This document shows positions 39,871 through 49,726 of a DNA stretch of 64,000 bases, piece after piece. The first letter of the stretch is position 1; each line of letters begins with the position of its first letter. Below the pieces are notes generated by a model. The model did not search any database. It saw nothing but the letters and a program-made list of their open reading frames with translations, and was not told where the DNA came from. The position numbers and the translations under genes were made by a program. This stretch comes from a bacterium (GTDB lineage Bacteria; UBA8248), in assembly GCA_965199855.1 (NCBI GenBank), contig OZ241326.1, positions 1,984,001-2,048,000 of the forward strand, in the 5' to 3' direction.

Positions 39871-40740
39871 TCAGGACGCGCCCAGCGCCTTGAGGATGGT
39901 CCGTCGCACCAGGACGGGCGTTATCTCTCTCCTGTAGTCGCCGCTCGCGCGAATGTCGCTCAGAGGATCGAGGTCGTCCAGCGCGCCCGAAAGCGCGGCG
40001 TCGATGTTCTCGCGGTTCAGCTTCACGCCGCCGAGCACCTCCTCCGCCGCCGTGAGGCGTCTGAACACCGCCTCCACGCCGCCCAGGCCGATTCTCACCT
40101 CTTTCGCCGTCTCGCCGTCCTCTTCGGTGAGCGCGGCGACGGAGACGGACGCGCAGGGCTTGTCCTCCTTCGAGCGCGTGGTGAAGCGCGTGCAGGCCGC
40201 GCGGAAGCCGTCGGGCAGCGGATCGACCTCGATTTCGCACAAGAGCTCCCCTTCCTCCAGGGCGCACTCGTAATATCCCGTCCAGAACTCCGTCGCGGGA
40301 ATCACCCGCTCCCCGCCGTCCGCCTTCCGGGTCTTCATGCGCGCCTCATAAACCAGAAACGCGCCGGGCGGATCGGACGCGGGCTCGGCGAAGCAGAGGT
40401 TTCCGCCCACCGTCCCCTGGTTCCGGATGCGAATCGTCGCCACGTTGCGGAAAATTTCCGCGAGCAGCGGGAAGCGCTCCCGAACGATCGGGGAAGTCTC
40501 GATCCTGCGGTGCACCGTCATCGCCCCGATGCGGATGCCGCCGCTTTCGCTCTCTGCGATGAAGTCGAGCTCCCCCGCCGCCCCCGCGATGTCTATCAGC
40601 ACTTCGGGCTCATAGACGCGCGACTTCATGAGGATAGAGAGGGCGACGCCGCCGGCATACACTTTTCCGTCGTCGCCGTGCTCCTTCATGGCGGCGAGCG
40701 TCTCCTCCACGCTGTTCGCGGGCAGATGTCGAAAAGCCAT
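39871..40740 (-). CDS. Xanthine dehydrogenase family FAD-binding subunit
   Basis: YAGG, IRNQGTVGGNL, SDIRASGDYR. Confidence 0.9.
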   Translation of the reverse strand: MAFRHLPANSVEETLAAMKEHGDDGKVYAGGVALSILMKSRVYEPEVLIDIAGAAGELDFIAESESGGIRIGAMTVHRRIETSPIVRERFPLLAEIFRNVATIRIRNQGTVGGNLCFAEPASDPPGAFLVYEARMKTRKADGGERVIPATEFWTGYYECALEEGELLCEIEVDPLPDGFRAACTRFTTRSKEDKPCASVSVAALTEEDGETAKEVRIGLGGVEAVFRRLTAAEEVLGGVKLNRENIDAALSGALDDLDPLSDIRASGDYRREITPVLVRRTILKALGAS

Positions 40741-40760
40741 TTTCTCTCCCCCTCTCCTCG

Positions 40761-43046
40761 CTACGCGCCGTTTTTCTGCTTCAGGGCGGCGAGTATCTTC
40801 TCCGGCGTTATCGGCAGCGACGTAATCCGCACGCCGACGGCGTCATGCACCGCGTTCGATATCGCGGCCGAGGTTCCCAGCTGCGCCATCTCTCCGAGCC
40901 CCTTCGCGCCGTAGGGCCCCGAGGGGTTTTCCGTTTCGATGAGCACGGCTTCGAGCTCGGGCAGATCCTGGGTCGTGGGCAGCTTGTAGTCGAGCCAGTT
41001 CGCGTTCACCGGCTGGCCGTCCTCGACCTGAAAATCCTCCGTCATGGCGTAGCCCACGCCCATGAGCGCGCCGCCGTCGAGCTGGCCCTGCGCCCCCGCG
41101 GGATTCACGATGGTTCCCACGTCGTTCGCGCTGACGATGCGCAGCACCTCGAAGGCGCCGGTTTCGGGGTCCACCTCCACCTCCGCCACCTTGGCGCCGT
41201 AGGCGTAGGCCGCGGACCAGTTGCCGTACCCCGTCACGGGGTCGGGCGCCTCGCTCGGCGAATCATACGAAGACGCCGTATAGACGGCCTCGCTGCCCTG
41301 CTTGTCGTAGATCTTCATGTAGGCTTCGGCGTGGGTCACCTGCCGCTCGGGAGAGCTCGCGACGAAAATTCTGCCCTCTCGCGCGTCCAGGTCGTTCGGG
41401 CTGCACTCGAGCAGCTCCGCCGCGCCCTTGAGGAGCATGTTCTTCGCCTCGAGCGACGCCAGGCGCGTGGCCTGGCCGTCGATGGTCGTCGTCCGGCTCC
41501 CGCGCACCCCCCATCCGTAGGGGTTCACCGAAGTGTCCCCGTTGATGATGCGGACGTCCTCCACCCGGACGCCCAGCGTCTCGGCGCAGATTTGCGCGAG
41601 GGTGGTGTCCGATCCGTTGCCCATCTCGATGGTGCCGGAGAGGAGCTGCACGGTGCCGTCCTTGTTCATCTTGATGAACGCGCCGGCCGTCTCGGGGCCC
41701 ATCGCGCGCGCGCCGGTGAAGTGCACCGCCGCGCTCAGCCCGCAACCGCGCTTCTTTCCGCCGCCGCTCTCCCGCTTCTCGCGCCAGGGCGCACGCTTGA
41801 CGGCCTCCCGGACGCACTCGGAGACGCCACAGCTCGTAATCTTCGCGCCGATGATGGTGGTGTCGCCCTTTCGCACGAAGTTCTTCACCCGGAACTCCGC
41901 CGGGTCCATGCCGATTTCCTCGGCGTGCTTCTCCATCGCGATCTCGGAGCCGAAGGAATAGCCGCCATTGCCCACCCCGCGCATCGCGCCGCCCGGCGGC
42001 ACGTTGGTATAGACCACGTCGGCGTGATGGCGGTAGGCCCTGTAGTTGTAGAGGCTCCCCCCCATGTGCGCCGTGATGGAGCCCACCACCGGGCCGTAGT
42101 CGGAGTAGCCGCCGTTTTCCACCACCATCTTCACGTCGCGCGCCAGGAGCATCCCCTCCTTGTCCGTGGCGATTCGGAAGGTGTGGAACTGCTTGGTGCG
42201 GTGCGTGCCGAGGAGAAACTCCTCCTCGCGCGTGTAATAGAATTTGACGGGGACGCCCAGCTTCTTCGCCGCGATGATGGAGAGGAAGTCGATGTTGAAC
42301 TTGCTCGTCGCCTTTCCGCCGAATCCCCCGCCCACGTAGTTCGTGACCACGCGAATCTTCGCCTCGGGAATCTTGAGGCATTTGGCGAAATACTGGCTCG
42401 AGAGGCTCGGGCACTGCGAGGAGTTGTAGACCGTCACTTCGCCCTTCTGCGACCATTCGGCGATGGAGACGTGCGCCTCGAAGGAGCCGTGCATCTGGCG
42501 CGAGGAGGAAGTGGAGAGCTCGCTTACGTGGTGGGCCTCGTCGAACATCCTGTCCACCTCGCCGAACTCCATGCGCTTCGTGAAGGCGACGTTGTTCGGG
42601 TGCGACTCATGGAGAACCGGCGCGCCCTCCCGCATGGCCTCGAAGGGATCGAAGACGGCGGGAAGCTCCTCGTAGTCCACATCGATGAGGTCGAGCGCCT
42701 CCCGGGCGGCGTCCTCGGAGGTCGCCACGACGGCCGCCACCGAGTCGCCTACGAAGCGAACCTTGTCCGTGGCGAGAGGACGCTGATCGTAGCAGACGGG
42801 AACCACGCCCCAGACCACGTCGTCGGGTATGTCCCTGGCCGTCATCACGAGCTTGACGCCGGGGAGCCTCTCGGCGCGGCCGGCGTCGATGCTCTTGATG
42901 CGCGCGTGGGGAATGGGGCTTCCCAGCAACTTGCCGTGAAGCATCCTGGGCAGGAGAAGGTCGAGGGTGTACATGGCGCGGCCCGTCACTTTTTCCGGCC
43001 CATCGACGCGCGGAACGCTTTTCCCGACGTATGCTAGATCTGTCAT
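40761..43046 (-). CDS. Xanthine dehydrogenase family molybdopterin-binding (large) subunit
   Basis: VGKSVPRVD, VGGGFGGK, AMRGVG, GAKGLGE. ATG follows GGAGGAG. Confidence 0.92.
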   Translation of the reverse strand: MTDLAYVGKSVPRVDGPEKVTGRAMYTLDLLLPRMLHGKLLGSPIPHARIKSIDAGRAERLPGVKLVMTARDIPDDVVWGVVPVCYDQRPLATDKVRFVGDSVAAVVATSEDAAREALDLIDVDYEELPAVFDPFEAMREGAPVLHESHPNNVAFTKRMEFGEVDRMFDEAHHVSELSTSSSRQMHGSFEAHVSIAEWSQKGEVTVYNSSQCPSLSSQYFAKCLKIPEAKIRVVTNYVGGGFGGKATSKFNIDFLSIIAAKKLGVPVKFYYTREEEFLLGTHRTKQFHTFRIATDKEGMLLARDVKMVVENGGYSDYGPVVGSITAHMGGSLYNYRAYRHHADVVYTNVPPGGAMRGVGNGGYSFGSEIAMEKHAEEIGMDPAEFRVKNFVRKGDTTIIGAKITSCGVSECVREAVKRAPWREKRESGGGKKRGCGLSAAVHFTGARAMGPETAGAFIKMNKDGTVQLLSGTIEMGNGSDTTLAQICAETLGVRVEDVRIINGDTSVNPYGWGVRGSRTTTIDGQATRLASLEAKNMLLKGAAELLECSPNDLDAREGRIFVASSPERQVTHAEAYMKIYDKQGSEAVYTASSYDSPSEAPDPVTGYGNWSAAYAYGAKVAEVEVDPETGAFEVLRIVSANDVGTIVNPAGAQGQLDGGALMGVGYAMTEDFQVEDGQPVNANWLDYKLPTTQDLPELEAVLIETENPSGPYGAKGLGEMAQLGTSAAISNAVHDAVGVRITSLPITPEKILAALKQKNGA

Positions 43047-43379
43047 GGATGCTCCTCCCTTGCGCGCGGCGGACGGGGCGAACGCCGCTAGACGCTTTTT
43101 CCCAGATTCGACATTCCAAGATGAATTCACAACCGCATCCGCCTTCCACGGATTCGACGAAATGCGGCGCTTTCATCCTCTCGCTTGATGATTTAGCGAT
43201 TATAGCAACTCGAAAGGCGAAACAAAACCCCAGAATACGGGCGAGGTCAACCGCCGGAGCGGACGCGCGGGAGGATTCCGCTTTTCTCCCCTCGCGCATG
43301 TGATGTATCATCCGCCACATTAGAAACTGGACGATAAGTCTTCCAGCCATTCCGAAATCATCAAGATCGGAGCGACAAA

Positions 43380-44126
43380 ATGCCGATTCGTTTTGACTTC
43401 AAGGACAGAAAGGTAATTCTCACGGGCGCGGCCGGCGCCATGGGAAGCCGCATCCTGCAAGGCTATCTGGAGGCCGGGGCCAGGGTGTTCGCCACCGACA
43501 GGGAAGGCCCCGCCTTCGACGCGATTGAGGGATCCTCCGACCAGCTCTTCAAGCTCCCCTGCGACCTGACCGACCTGGCCGCTCTCCGCGCCGCCATGCG
43601 CGAGGCGCTGGAGTGGCTGGGCGGCTGCGACGTGCTGGCCAACGTGGCGGGCTACATGCCGATTCGCCCGCCGCTCGAGCTCGAGGAGGAGGACTGGGAC
43701 TCCGTGCTGGCCGTGAATCTGCTGGCGCCCTATTTCTGCATTCAGGAAACCATCGAGGCGCTGAAGGCCTCGAGCGCCGGGCGCATCATCAGCTTCGCCT
43801 CCATCGCGGGCAAGATGGGGGGCATCGGCCCGAACCTCACCTACGCCGCCGCCAAGGCGGGCCTGCTCGCCATGACCTTCAACCTCGCGCGCGAACTCGC
43901 CAGAACGGGCGTGACGATCAACACCATCCAGCCGGGCCCGGCGGATACCGGCCTGCACTTCCAGTCGCCGCCCGAGATGCTGGAGAACGCCGCGAACGCC
44001 CACCCCATGGGCAGGCTCACGACGCCCGAGGACGTGTGGCAGACCGTCCTGTTCCTCTCGAGCGAGGAAGCCGCCCACATCAACGGCGAGGCCGTGGACG
44101 TGAACGGCGGCTTCTGGACGGACTAG
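43380..44126 (+). CDS. Short-chain dehydrogenase/reductase
   Basis: TGAAGAMG, NVAG, YAAAK, VNGG. Confidence 0.9.
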   Translation: MPIRFDFKDRKVILTGAAGAMGSRILQGYLEAGARVFATDREGPAFDAIEGSSDQLFKLPCDLTDLAALRAAMREALEWLGGCDVLANVAGYMPIRPPLELEEEDWDSVLAVNLLAPYFCIQETIEALKASSAGRIISFASIAGKMGGIGPNLTYAAAKAGLLAMTFNLARELARTGVTINTIQPGPADTGLHFQSPPEMLENAANAHPMGRLTTPEDVWQTVLFLSSEEAAHINGEAVDVNGGFWTD

Positions 44127-44142
44127 ACAAAGGAGCGCAGCG

Positions 44143-44988
44143 ATGCCGGCCGAAAACCCGAAAGGATACGCGAACCCGGATCTGCTCTGGTCGCCCGCGC
44201 AGCTGAAAGAGCGCATGGACGACCCGAATCTGAGAATCATCGACGCGCGCCCGGGCGAGCGCTATGCGATGGGGCACATCCCCGGGGCGCGCCACTTCAA
44301 CGTCTACGGCGTGAACAGCGACGATTCCGGCGAGGCGGCGCTCAGGAATTTTTTCAGCATGTGGGCGTTCCTGCTGGGAAACAGGGGGGTGGCGTTCGAG
44401 AACGCGATCCTCTTCTACGACGACATCGTCGGCAACACGAGCGCGCGCGGGTTCTGGATGCTCGAGCTTTTCGGGCACAAGGACGTCCACGTGCTCGACG
44501 GCGGCTACGGCGCCTGGGAGCGGGCAGGCTTCGAGACGACGCGCGACGCCGAGGTTCCCCGGCCCGCCGCCTTCGAGATGGCGTTCGAGCCGCACCGGCT
44601 GGCCACGCGGGAGGACGTGTCGTGCGCCATCGAGGACGACAACCACGCGCTGCTCGACACGCGCTCGATAGAGGAATGGGAGGCGAGGCGCGTTCTGGCA
44701 AAGCGCGGCGGCATCATCCCCGGCGCCGTCTGGCAGGAATGGCTGGCGCACCTGACGCCCGAGGGCGAGATGAAACCCGCCGACGAGCTGCGGGCGCAAT
44801 TCGAGGCGCTGGGGATTACGCCCGAAAAAGAGGTGACCGCCTACTGACAGACGGGCTACCGCGCGGCGCACGGTTATTTCGCTCTCAGGCTGCTGGACTA
44901 TCCAAAGGTGAGAAACTACATGAGTTCATGGAAGGAGTGGGGCAACCGGGAGGACACGCCCATCGCCCAGGCACCGAGCGGGAACTGA
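44143..44988 (+). CDS. Tandem-domain rhodanese/sulfurtransferase, probable selenoprotein (UQTGYR, Sec at 44845-44847)
   Basis: GHIPGA and LDGG in domain 1. The TGA falls at the catalytic Cys position (VTAY-U-QTGYRAA), and the frame continues through the signature NYMSSWKEWG to TGA 44986-44988. Confidence 0.87.
44858..44874 (+). promoter_or_regulatory. Candidate SECIS upper stem-loop
   Basis: ACCG-C-GC-[GGC]-GC-A-CGGT; the G-initiated loop starts 17 nt after the UGA. Confidence 0.45.
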
Positions 44989-45125
44989 GAGGAAGCGACT
45001 GGAAAATTCTTCCGGGAAAATGTTGGAACAGGCAGACCCGATGGGAAGCCATCGAACATTCACGGCTCGGCACATCTCTTTCGCCGAGGCCACTTTCATT
45101 CATAATGAACTTCAGGAGGTTCGCC

Positions 45126-46142
45126 ATGAAAAGAAGTCTCGTTCGCATCATTCTGTCCGCCGGCCTCGCCTGCGGCCTCTCGGCGGCTGGCTTCGCCTCG
45201 GCGGCGCCCACCCTTCGCCTCGGCGCGGCCAGCAACACCGGCGGACTGATCGTCTTCGCCGGCGTGGATAAAGGCTTCTTCGCCAAAAACGGGCTGGACG
45301 CGAAGGTCGTCGTGCGCAACACGGGCGCCCAGCTCACCAAGTCCCTCAAGGCCGGGCAGATCGACTTCGCCCCCGCCGCGTTCACCAACCTGCCGGCGGC
45401 GCTCGAGCGCGGCATCAGGGTGCGCGGCGTCGTGGGCTACGTTGGTGGCTCCTACAAGAAATCCACCACCGACGAGATGGTGGGCATCGCCGCGCGTCCC
45501 GGCTCGGGCATCAAGAGCATCAAGGACCTCAAGGGCAAGAAGATCGGCGCGACCTTCGGCTCCACCGGCGACCTCTACCTCCGCACCCTGCTGAACAAAA
45601 ACGGCATCGGCGTGGGCGGCGTCCGCCGCATCAACGTGCGCCCGCCGAGCCTCGTCTCCCTGTTCGATTCCGGCGGCGTGGACGCCATGGTGGCGTGGGA
45701 GCCCTACCTCACCCGCATGACCGACAAGGTGAAGGGCTCCTCCATCGTCTCGCGGGGCGGCGACTACGTCTGCTTCTGCGCCGGGATGCACGGCGTGCCG
45801 GAGCGCGTCTATCAAGACAAGAAGGCGACCCAGGCGTTCGTCAACGGCATGTCCGAGGCGGCCGCCTTCGTGCGCGACCCCAAGAACCGGGACGAGGTGG
45901 CCAGAATCGGCGCCCGCTACGTTCGCGGCATGGACGCCGCCCTCATCAAGCGCACCATCAAATGGTGGACCTACGATCCGCGCCTGGGCGAGAACACGCT
46001 CAAGGCCTTCAATTTCTCGGTGAAGCAGCTCATCGCCCAGAAGAAGATGAAGCGTCCTTACGACCCCCAAAAATACTTCGACTTCCAGTTCATCAACCGG
46101 ACGATGAAAGAGCGGCCGGAATGGTTCAAGGACCTGAACTAG
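45126..46142 (+). CDS. ABC transporter substrate-binding protein (nitrate/sulfonate/taurine type)
   Basis: Signal peptide, KGFFAKNGLD, IKSIKDLKGKKIG, WEPY. Confidence 0.88.
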   Translation: MKRSLVRIILSAGLACGLSAAGFASAAPTLRLGAASNTGGLIVFAGVDKGFFAKNGLDAKVVVRNTGAQLTKSLKAGQIDFAPAAFTNLPAALERGIRVRGVVGYVGGSYKKSTTDEMVGIAARPGSGIKSIKDLKGKKIGATFGSTGDLYLRTLLNKNGIGVGGVRRINVRPPSLVSLFDSGGVDAMVAWEPYLTRMTDKVKGSSIVSRGGDYVCFCAGMHGVPERVYQDKKATQAFVNGMSEAAAFVRDPKNRDEVARIGARYVRGMDAALIKRTIKWWTYDPRLGENTLKAFNFSVKQLIAQKKMKRPYDPQKYFDFQFINRTMKERPEWFKDLN

Positions 46143-46221
46143 TCGAACCCGCCAGATTTCCGCATCCGCGCCCCGGCCGTCGCCGGGGCGCGGATTGCGC
46201 CTGGAAAGGAAGCGGGAAGCC

Positions 46222-47010
46222 ATGCCGGCCAAACTGATCGTAGAGGGACTCTCGCACCACTACCCGGACGAATACACGGGAGAGGACGTTCACGCCCTCG
46301 AACAAGTGAGCCTCTCCGTGGAGGACGGCGAGTTCTCGGCCGTCGTCGGCCCGAGCGGTTGCGGAAAGACCACGCTGCTCAACATCCTCGCGGGCCTGCT
46401 GCCCCACACCGAGGGCAGCGTGCGGGTGGACGGCCGGGAGGTGAAGGGGCCGGGGCCGGACCGCGGCGTAGTCTTTCAGGAGCACGCGATTCTCCCATGG
46501 CGCTCCGTTGCGAGGAACATCGGCCACGGCCTCGAAATCCAGGGCGTCCCGAAAAACGAGAGAGAAAGAAGGGCTCAGGAGTTCATCGCCCTGGTCGGGC
46601 TGTCAGGCTTTGAAGACCGCTATCCGCACGAGCTCTCGGGCGGCATGAAGCAGCGTTGCGCGCTCGCGCGCACGCTGTGCGCCAACCCCGTCGTGATGCT
46701 GATGGACGAGCCCTTCGCCGCCGTGGACGCGCAGACGAGAATCACCCTGCAGGAGGAGCTGAACCGCATCGCCATCGCCACGAGAAAGACGATTCTCTTC
46801 ATCACGCACAACGTGGACGAGGCCGCGTTTCTCGGAGATCGGTGCTTCATCTTCTCGCGCCGCCCGGGGAAGCTGAAGGCCGCCGTGAAAATCGAGGTTC
46901 CGCGCGAGAAGCGCATCTGGAAAGAGCTGCTCTCCGAGAAGGCTTATACCGAGCCGCGCGATGAAATTCTCCGCCTCGTGCGCGAAGAGGTGTTCGATGA
47001 GGAGGAGTAG
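46222..47010 (+). CDS. ABC transporter ATP-binding protein (TauB/SsuB-like)
   Basis: GPSGCGKTT, VFQEHA, LSGGMKQR, MDEPF, ITHN. Confidence 0.93.
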   Translation: MPAKLIVEGLSHHYPDEYTGEDVHALEQVSLSVEDGEFSAVVGPSGCGKTTLLNILAGLLPHTEGSVRVDGREVKGPGPDRGVVFQEHAILPWRSVARNIGHGLEIQGVPKNERERRAQEFIALVGLSGFEDRYPHELSGGMKQRCALARTLCANPVVMLMDEPFAAVDAQTRITLQEELNRIAIATRKTILFITHNVDEAAFLGDRCFIFSRRPGKLKAAVKIEVPREKRIWKELLSEKAYTEPRDEILRLVREEVFDEEE

Positions 47011-47821
47011 CGGAGCTGCCGCCGGAGGAGCGGCGCGCGCCGGGCGATGGAGAAAATTCGTCAAGGGAGGCGGCGTCGAGCTGCTGCTCCTCATACTGGG
47101 CATTCTGATCCTGTGGTCCGTCATCTCGCGGATCATTCCGAATCCGGACCGCTATCTCCCCTCTCCGCTTTCCGTCGTCCTCTCCTCCTACGACGTCATC
47201 TGGAAGGGTTTATTGCCAAACTACATCGGGCAGACGCTGTGGCGACTCGTCGTCGGCAGCGTCATCGGCCTGGGGTTGGGCATTCCGTTCGGGATCGCTC
47301 TGGGTCTCAACCGCACGGTGTCGGACATGTTCTATCCCATCATGAATTTCTTCCAGTCCATCTCCGGCATCGCCATCCTCCCCATCATCGTCGTCTGGTG
47401 GGGCAACAGCGAAAAGACCGTGTTCGCCGTCATCCTCTACACCTGCTTCTTCCCGATCACGTTCAACGTCCTGACGGGCGTGCGCAGCACCCCGATGATC
47501 TTGGTGAACGCCCTGCGCACCCTGGGCGCCTCGCGTCTGCGGATCGTGAAAGACGTGCTCATCCCGAGCGCCATGCCCCACATCGCCACCGGCGCGAGGC
47601 TGGGCATCGGCTACGCATGGCGCGCGGTCATCGCGGGCGAGATGCTCGCCGGCAGACGCGGCCTGGGCTGGATGATCTTCACATCCCAGGACGCGGACCT
47701 CACCGCCCAGGTGATTCTCGGAATGCTGCTGATCGGCGCCATCTGGATCATGATCGACCGCTTCGCCCTGCGCCCCATCGAAGCGGACACCATTCAGCGA
47801 TGGGGACTCGTGCAACGATGA
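46997..47821 (+). CDS. ABC transporter permease 1
   Basis: LPSP, EAA-like ALRTLGAS, AWRAVIAGEM. Confidence 0.88.
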   Translation: MRRSSGAAAGGAARAGRWRKFVKGGGVELLLLILGILILWSVISRIIPNPDRYLPSPLSVVLSSYDVIWKGLLPNYIGQTLWRLVVGSVIGLGLGIPFGIALGLNRTVSDMFYPIMNFFQSISGIAILPIIVVWWGNSEKTVFAVILYTCFFPITFNVLTGVRSTPMILVNALRTLGASRLRIVKDVLIPSAMPHIATGARLGIGYAWRAVIAGEMLAGRRGLGWMIFTSQDADLTAQVILGMLLIGAIWIMIDRFALRPIEADTIQRWGLVQR

Positions 47822-48678
47822 GCGTTCTCCAGGCGGCGGCCATCGGCCTGCAAAAGCGCTTCGGACGCCAGAGGCTGCGCAAAATCATGCTGGGGGCCGT
47901 CCCCTTCATCGTCCTGCTCGTTCTGTGGCGGATGAACACCGCGCTCGAATGGCTCCCGCCTGTCTTCATTCCGCCCATCGCATCGATTCGGGAGGCGATA
48001 TACACGCTCTCCGAGGGCTGCGCGGGCCTGGGCGGCGCGCTTTCCATGCAGTATGAGTGCATGTTCACCAATCATATTTTCTCGAGCCTGGGCCGCGTGG
48101 GCCTGAGCCTCGTCATCGGCATTCCCTTCGGCATCGCCTTCGGGGTGCTGGCGGGCATGAGCCGCCGCTTCGCCCACGCGCTCGAGCCCATCGGCGTGTT
48201 CGCCAACGCCATCTCGGGCATCGCCTGGGTGCCCCTGGCCATCGTCTGGTTCGGAACCGGCTGGCTCACGACGCTGTTCATCCTGCTGAACACCGTTTTC
48301 TGGCTCGTATTCTTCAATACGCTTCTGGGGGTGCGGGGGGTGCCGCGGGCGTATGAGAATTCCGTCCTGACGCTCGGCGGCGGAAGATGGGCCGTCATCT
48401 CCCAGGTCTACATCCCCGGCGCCCTGCCCAGCATCGTCCCCGGCATCCGCATGAGCATGGGCTTCGGATGGCGCGCCCTCATCGCCGCGGAGATGATAGG
48501 CGGCGACAGCGGCCTTGGCTTCATGATCTTCGTCTCCGCCGCCGAATACAAGATAGAGGAAGTGTTTCTCGGCGTTCTCGTCATCGCCGTCATCTGGATG
48601 ATCACCGACAGGCTCCTTCTCATTCCTCTTGAGAAGTGGACCATTCAGCGCTGGGGCATGGTATGGAGGCCGTCCTAG
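47818..48678 (+). CDS. ABC transporter permease 2
   Basis: IAWVPLAIVWFG, GWRALIAAEM. ATGA overlap with permease 1. Confidence 0.88.
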   Translation: MSVLQAAAIGLQKRFGRQRLRKIMLGAVPFIVLLVLWRMNTALEWLPPVFIPPIASIREAIYTLSEGCAGLGGALSMQYECMFTNHIFSSLGRVGLSLVIGIPFGIAFGVLAGMSRRFAHALEPIGVFANAISGIAWVPLAIVWFGTGWLTTLFILLNTVFWLVFFNTLLGVRGVPRAYENSVLTLGGGRWAVISQVYIPGALPSIVPGIRMSMGFGWRALIAAEMIGGDSGLGFMIFVSAAEYKIEEVFLGVLVIAVIWMITDRLLLIPLEKWTIQRWGMVWRPS

Positions 48679-48679
48679 A

Positions 48680-49057
48680 ATGAGCGATGATGCGGCAATC
48701 GTTCAGAAAAGCGCTACGGGCGAGCGCCGCCACTGGAGCAGGCACCCCACCGCGCGCTTCCTGGCCGCCAGCGCTCTGTTGTTCGCCTTGTATTACGGGT
48801 ACGGCTACGCGACGGGGCCTTCGCGCCTCACCCCCGCGCTCAAGGCGCATCTTCAGACCGGCCCGGCGAGACTCGCCCTGCTCGTCACCACGAAAGTCCC
48901 GCCGGAGGAGTTTCACGTCCGCATCTATCAGCAGTTGGGCAGCATGCGCGGAGTGAAGGGATCGACGGCGGAGCTCGTCTCCGTCACGCCCTCCAGCTTG
49001 AGAACGCTCTCCCGATACTACTGGATCGAGAAAATCGACCTGAAGCCGAAGAAATGA
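48680..49057 (+). CDS. Hypothetical single-TM protein terminating the ABC operon
   Basis: Starts 1 nt after the permease stop; hydrophobic FLAASALLFALYYGYGY followed by a ~85-aa soluble domain. Confidence 0.7.
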   Translation: MSDDAAIVQKSATGERRHWSRHPTARFLAASALLFALYYGYGYATGPSRLTPALKAHLQTGPARLALLVTTKVPPEEFHVRIYQQLGSMRGVKGSTAELVSVTPSSLRTLSRYYWIEKIDLKPKK

Positions 49058-49172
49058 AAACCAGGCCGCGCCCGACTTGCCAAAGGCGTCCATGGGCCAT
49101 GGGCGTCGCTCCTGCGTCAATCGCATGGCCCCGCTCCCGCGCGCGACGCCATGCGCCCGTTGCTTCTATTCT

Positions 49173-49598
49173 CTATTCGCGGCGCGGGCGCGTCTTCTCG
49201 AACTCTCCGTGATCCTTGCCAAGACCCGCCATCCGCCGAAAAATATCCTCATAGCCCGGCGGCGAGAACACCCAGAGCAGCTTCAAGGGAACATCGCCCG
49301 TATTCTTGAGCCCGTGCGGGACGCCCACGGGCAGGAACGCGCTCATGCCCGCTTTGACTTGAAACGTCTCGCCGTCCACTTCCACTTCGGCCTCCCCCTC
49401 GTGAAAGAAAAGGATTTCCTCCTCTTTTTCGTGAAGGTGCCGGGGGATGCCGCCGCCGACGGGAATGTCCTGGTTCCCCATGCTGAGGCCTTGCGAACCC
49501 GTCCTCTTGGGGTCAACAAGAATTCGCCAGCCCCGCGGCAGTTCTACGCCCTGCATCTCCAGTTTCTCGCCGTCGTCCCACTCGAACACGCAAGCCAT
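49173..49598 (-). CDS. Cupin-domain protein
   Basis: HLHEKEEE..., GVPHGLKNTG, VFSPPG. Confidence 0.88.
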   Translation of the reverse strand: MACVFEWDDGEKLEMQGVELPRGWRILVDPKRTGSQGLSMGNQDIPVGGGIPRHLHEKEEEILFFHEGEAEVEVDGETFQVKAGMSAFLPVGVPHGLKNTGDVPLKLLWVFSPPGYEDIFRRMAGLGKDHGEFEKTRPRRE

Positions 49599-49726
49599 GC
49601 GAACGCCCTCCCGACCTTCAGGCATGACGCCTTATGCCATGACGCGCCCCGCAACCGGCGCGGCGCGAAGCGAGCCCGAAGGAGCGAATCGCGGAGGCAC
49701 CGCGTCCGAAAAGTTCAGACGACGCA

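Noticed and set aside
44361-46142. 593-aa ORF as a single fused protein
   Set aside because: The 5' part is an off-frame overlap of the rhodanese gene. The real binding protein starts at ATG 45126 after AGGAGG with a signal peptide.
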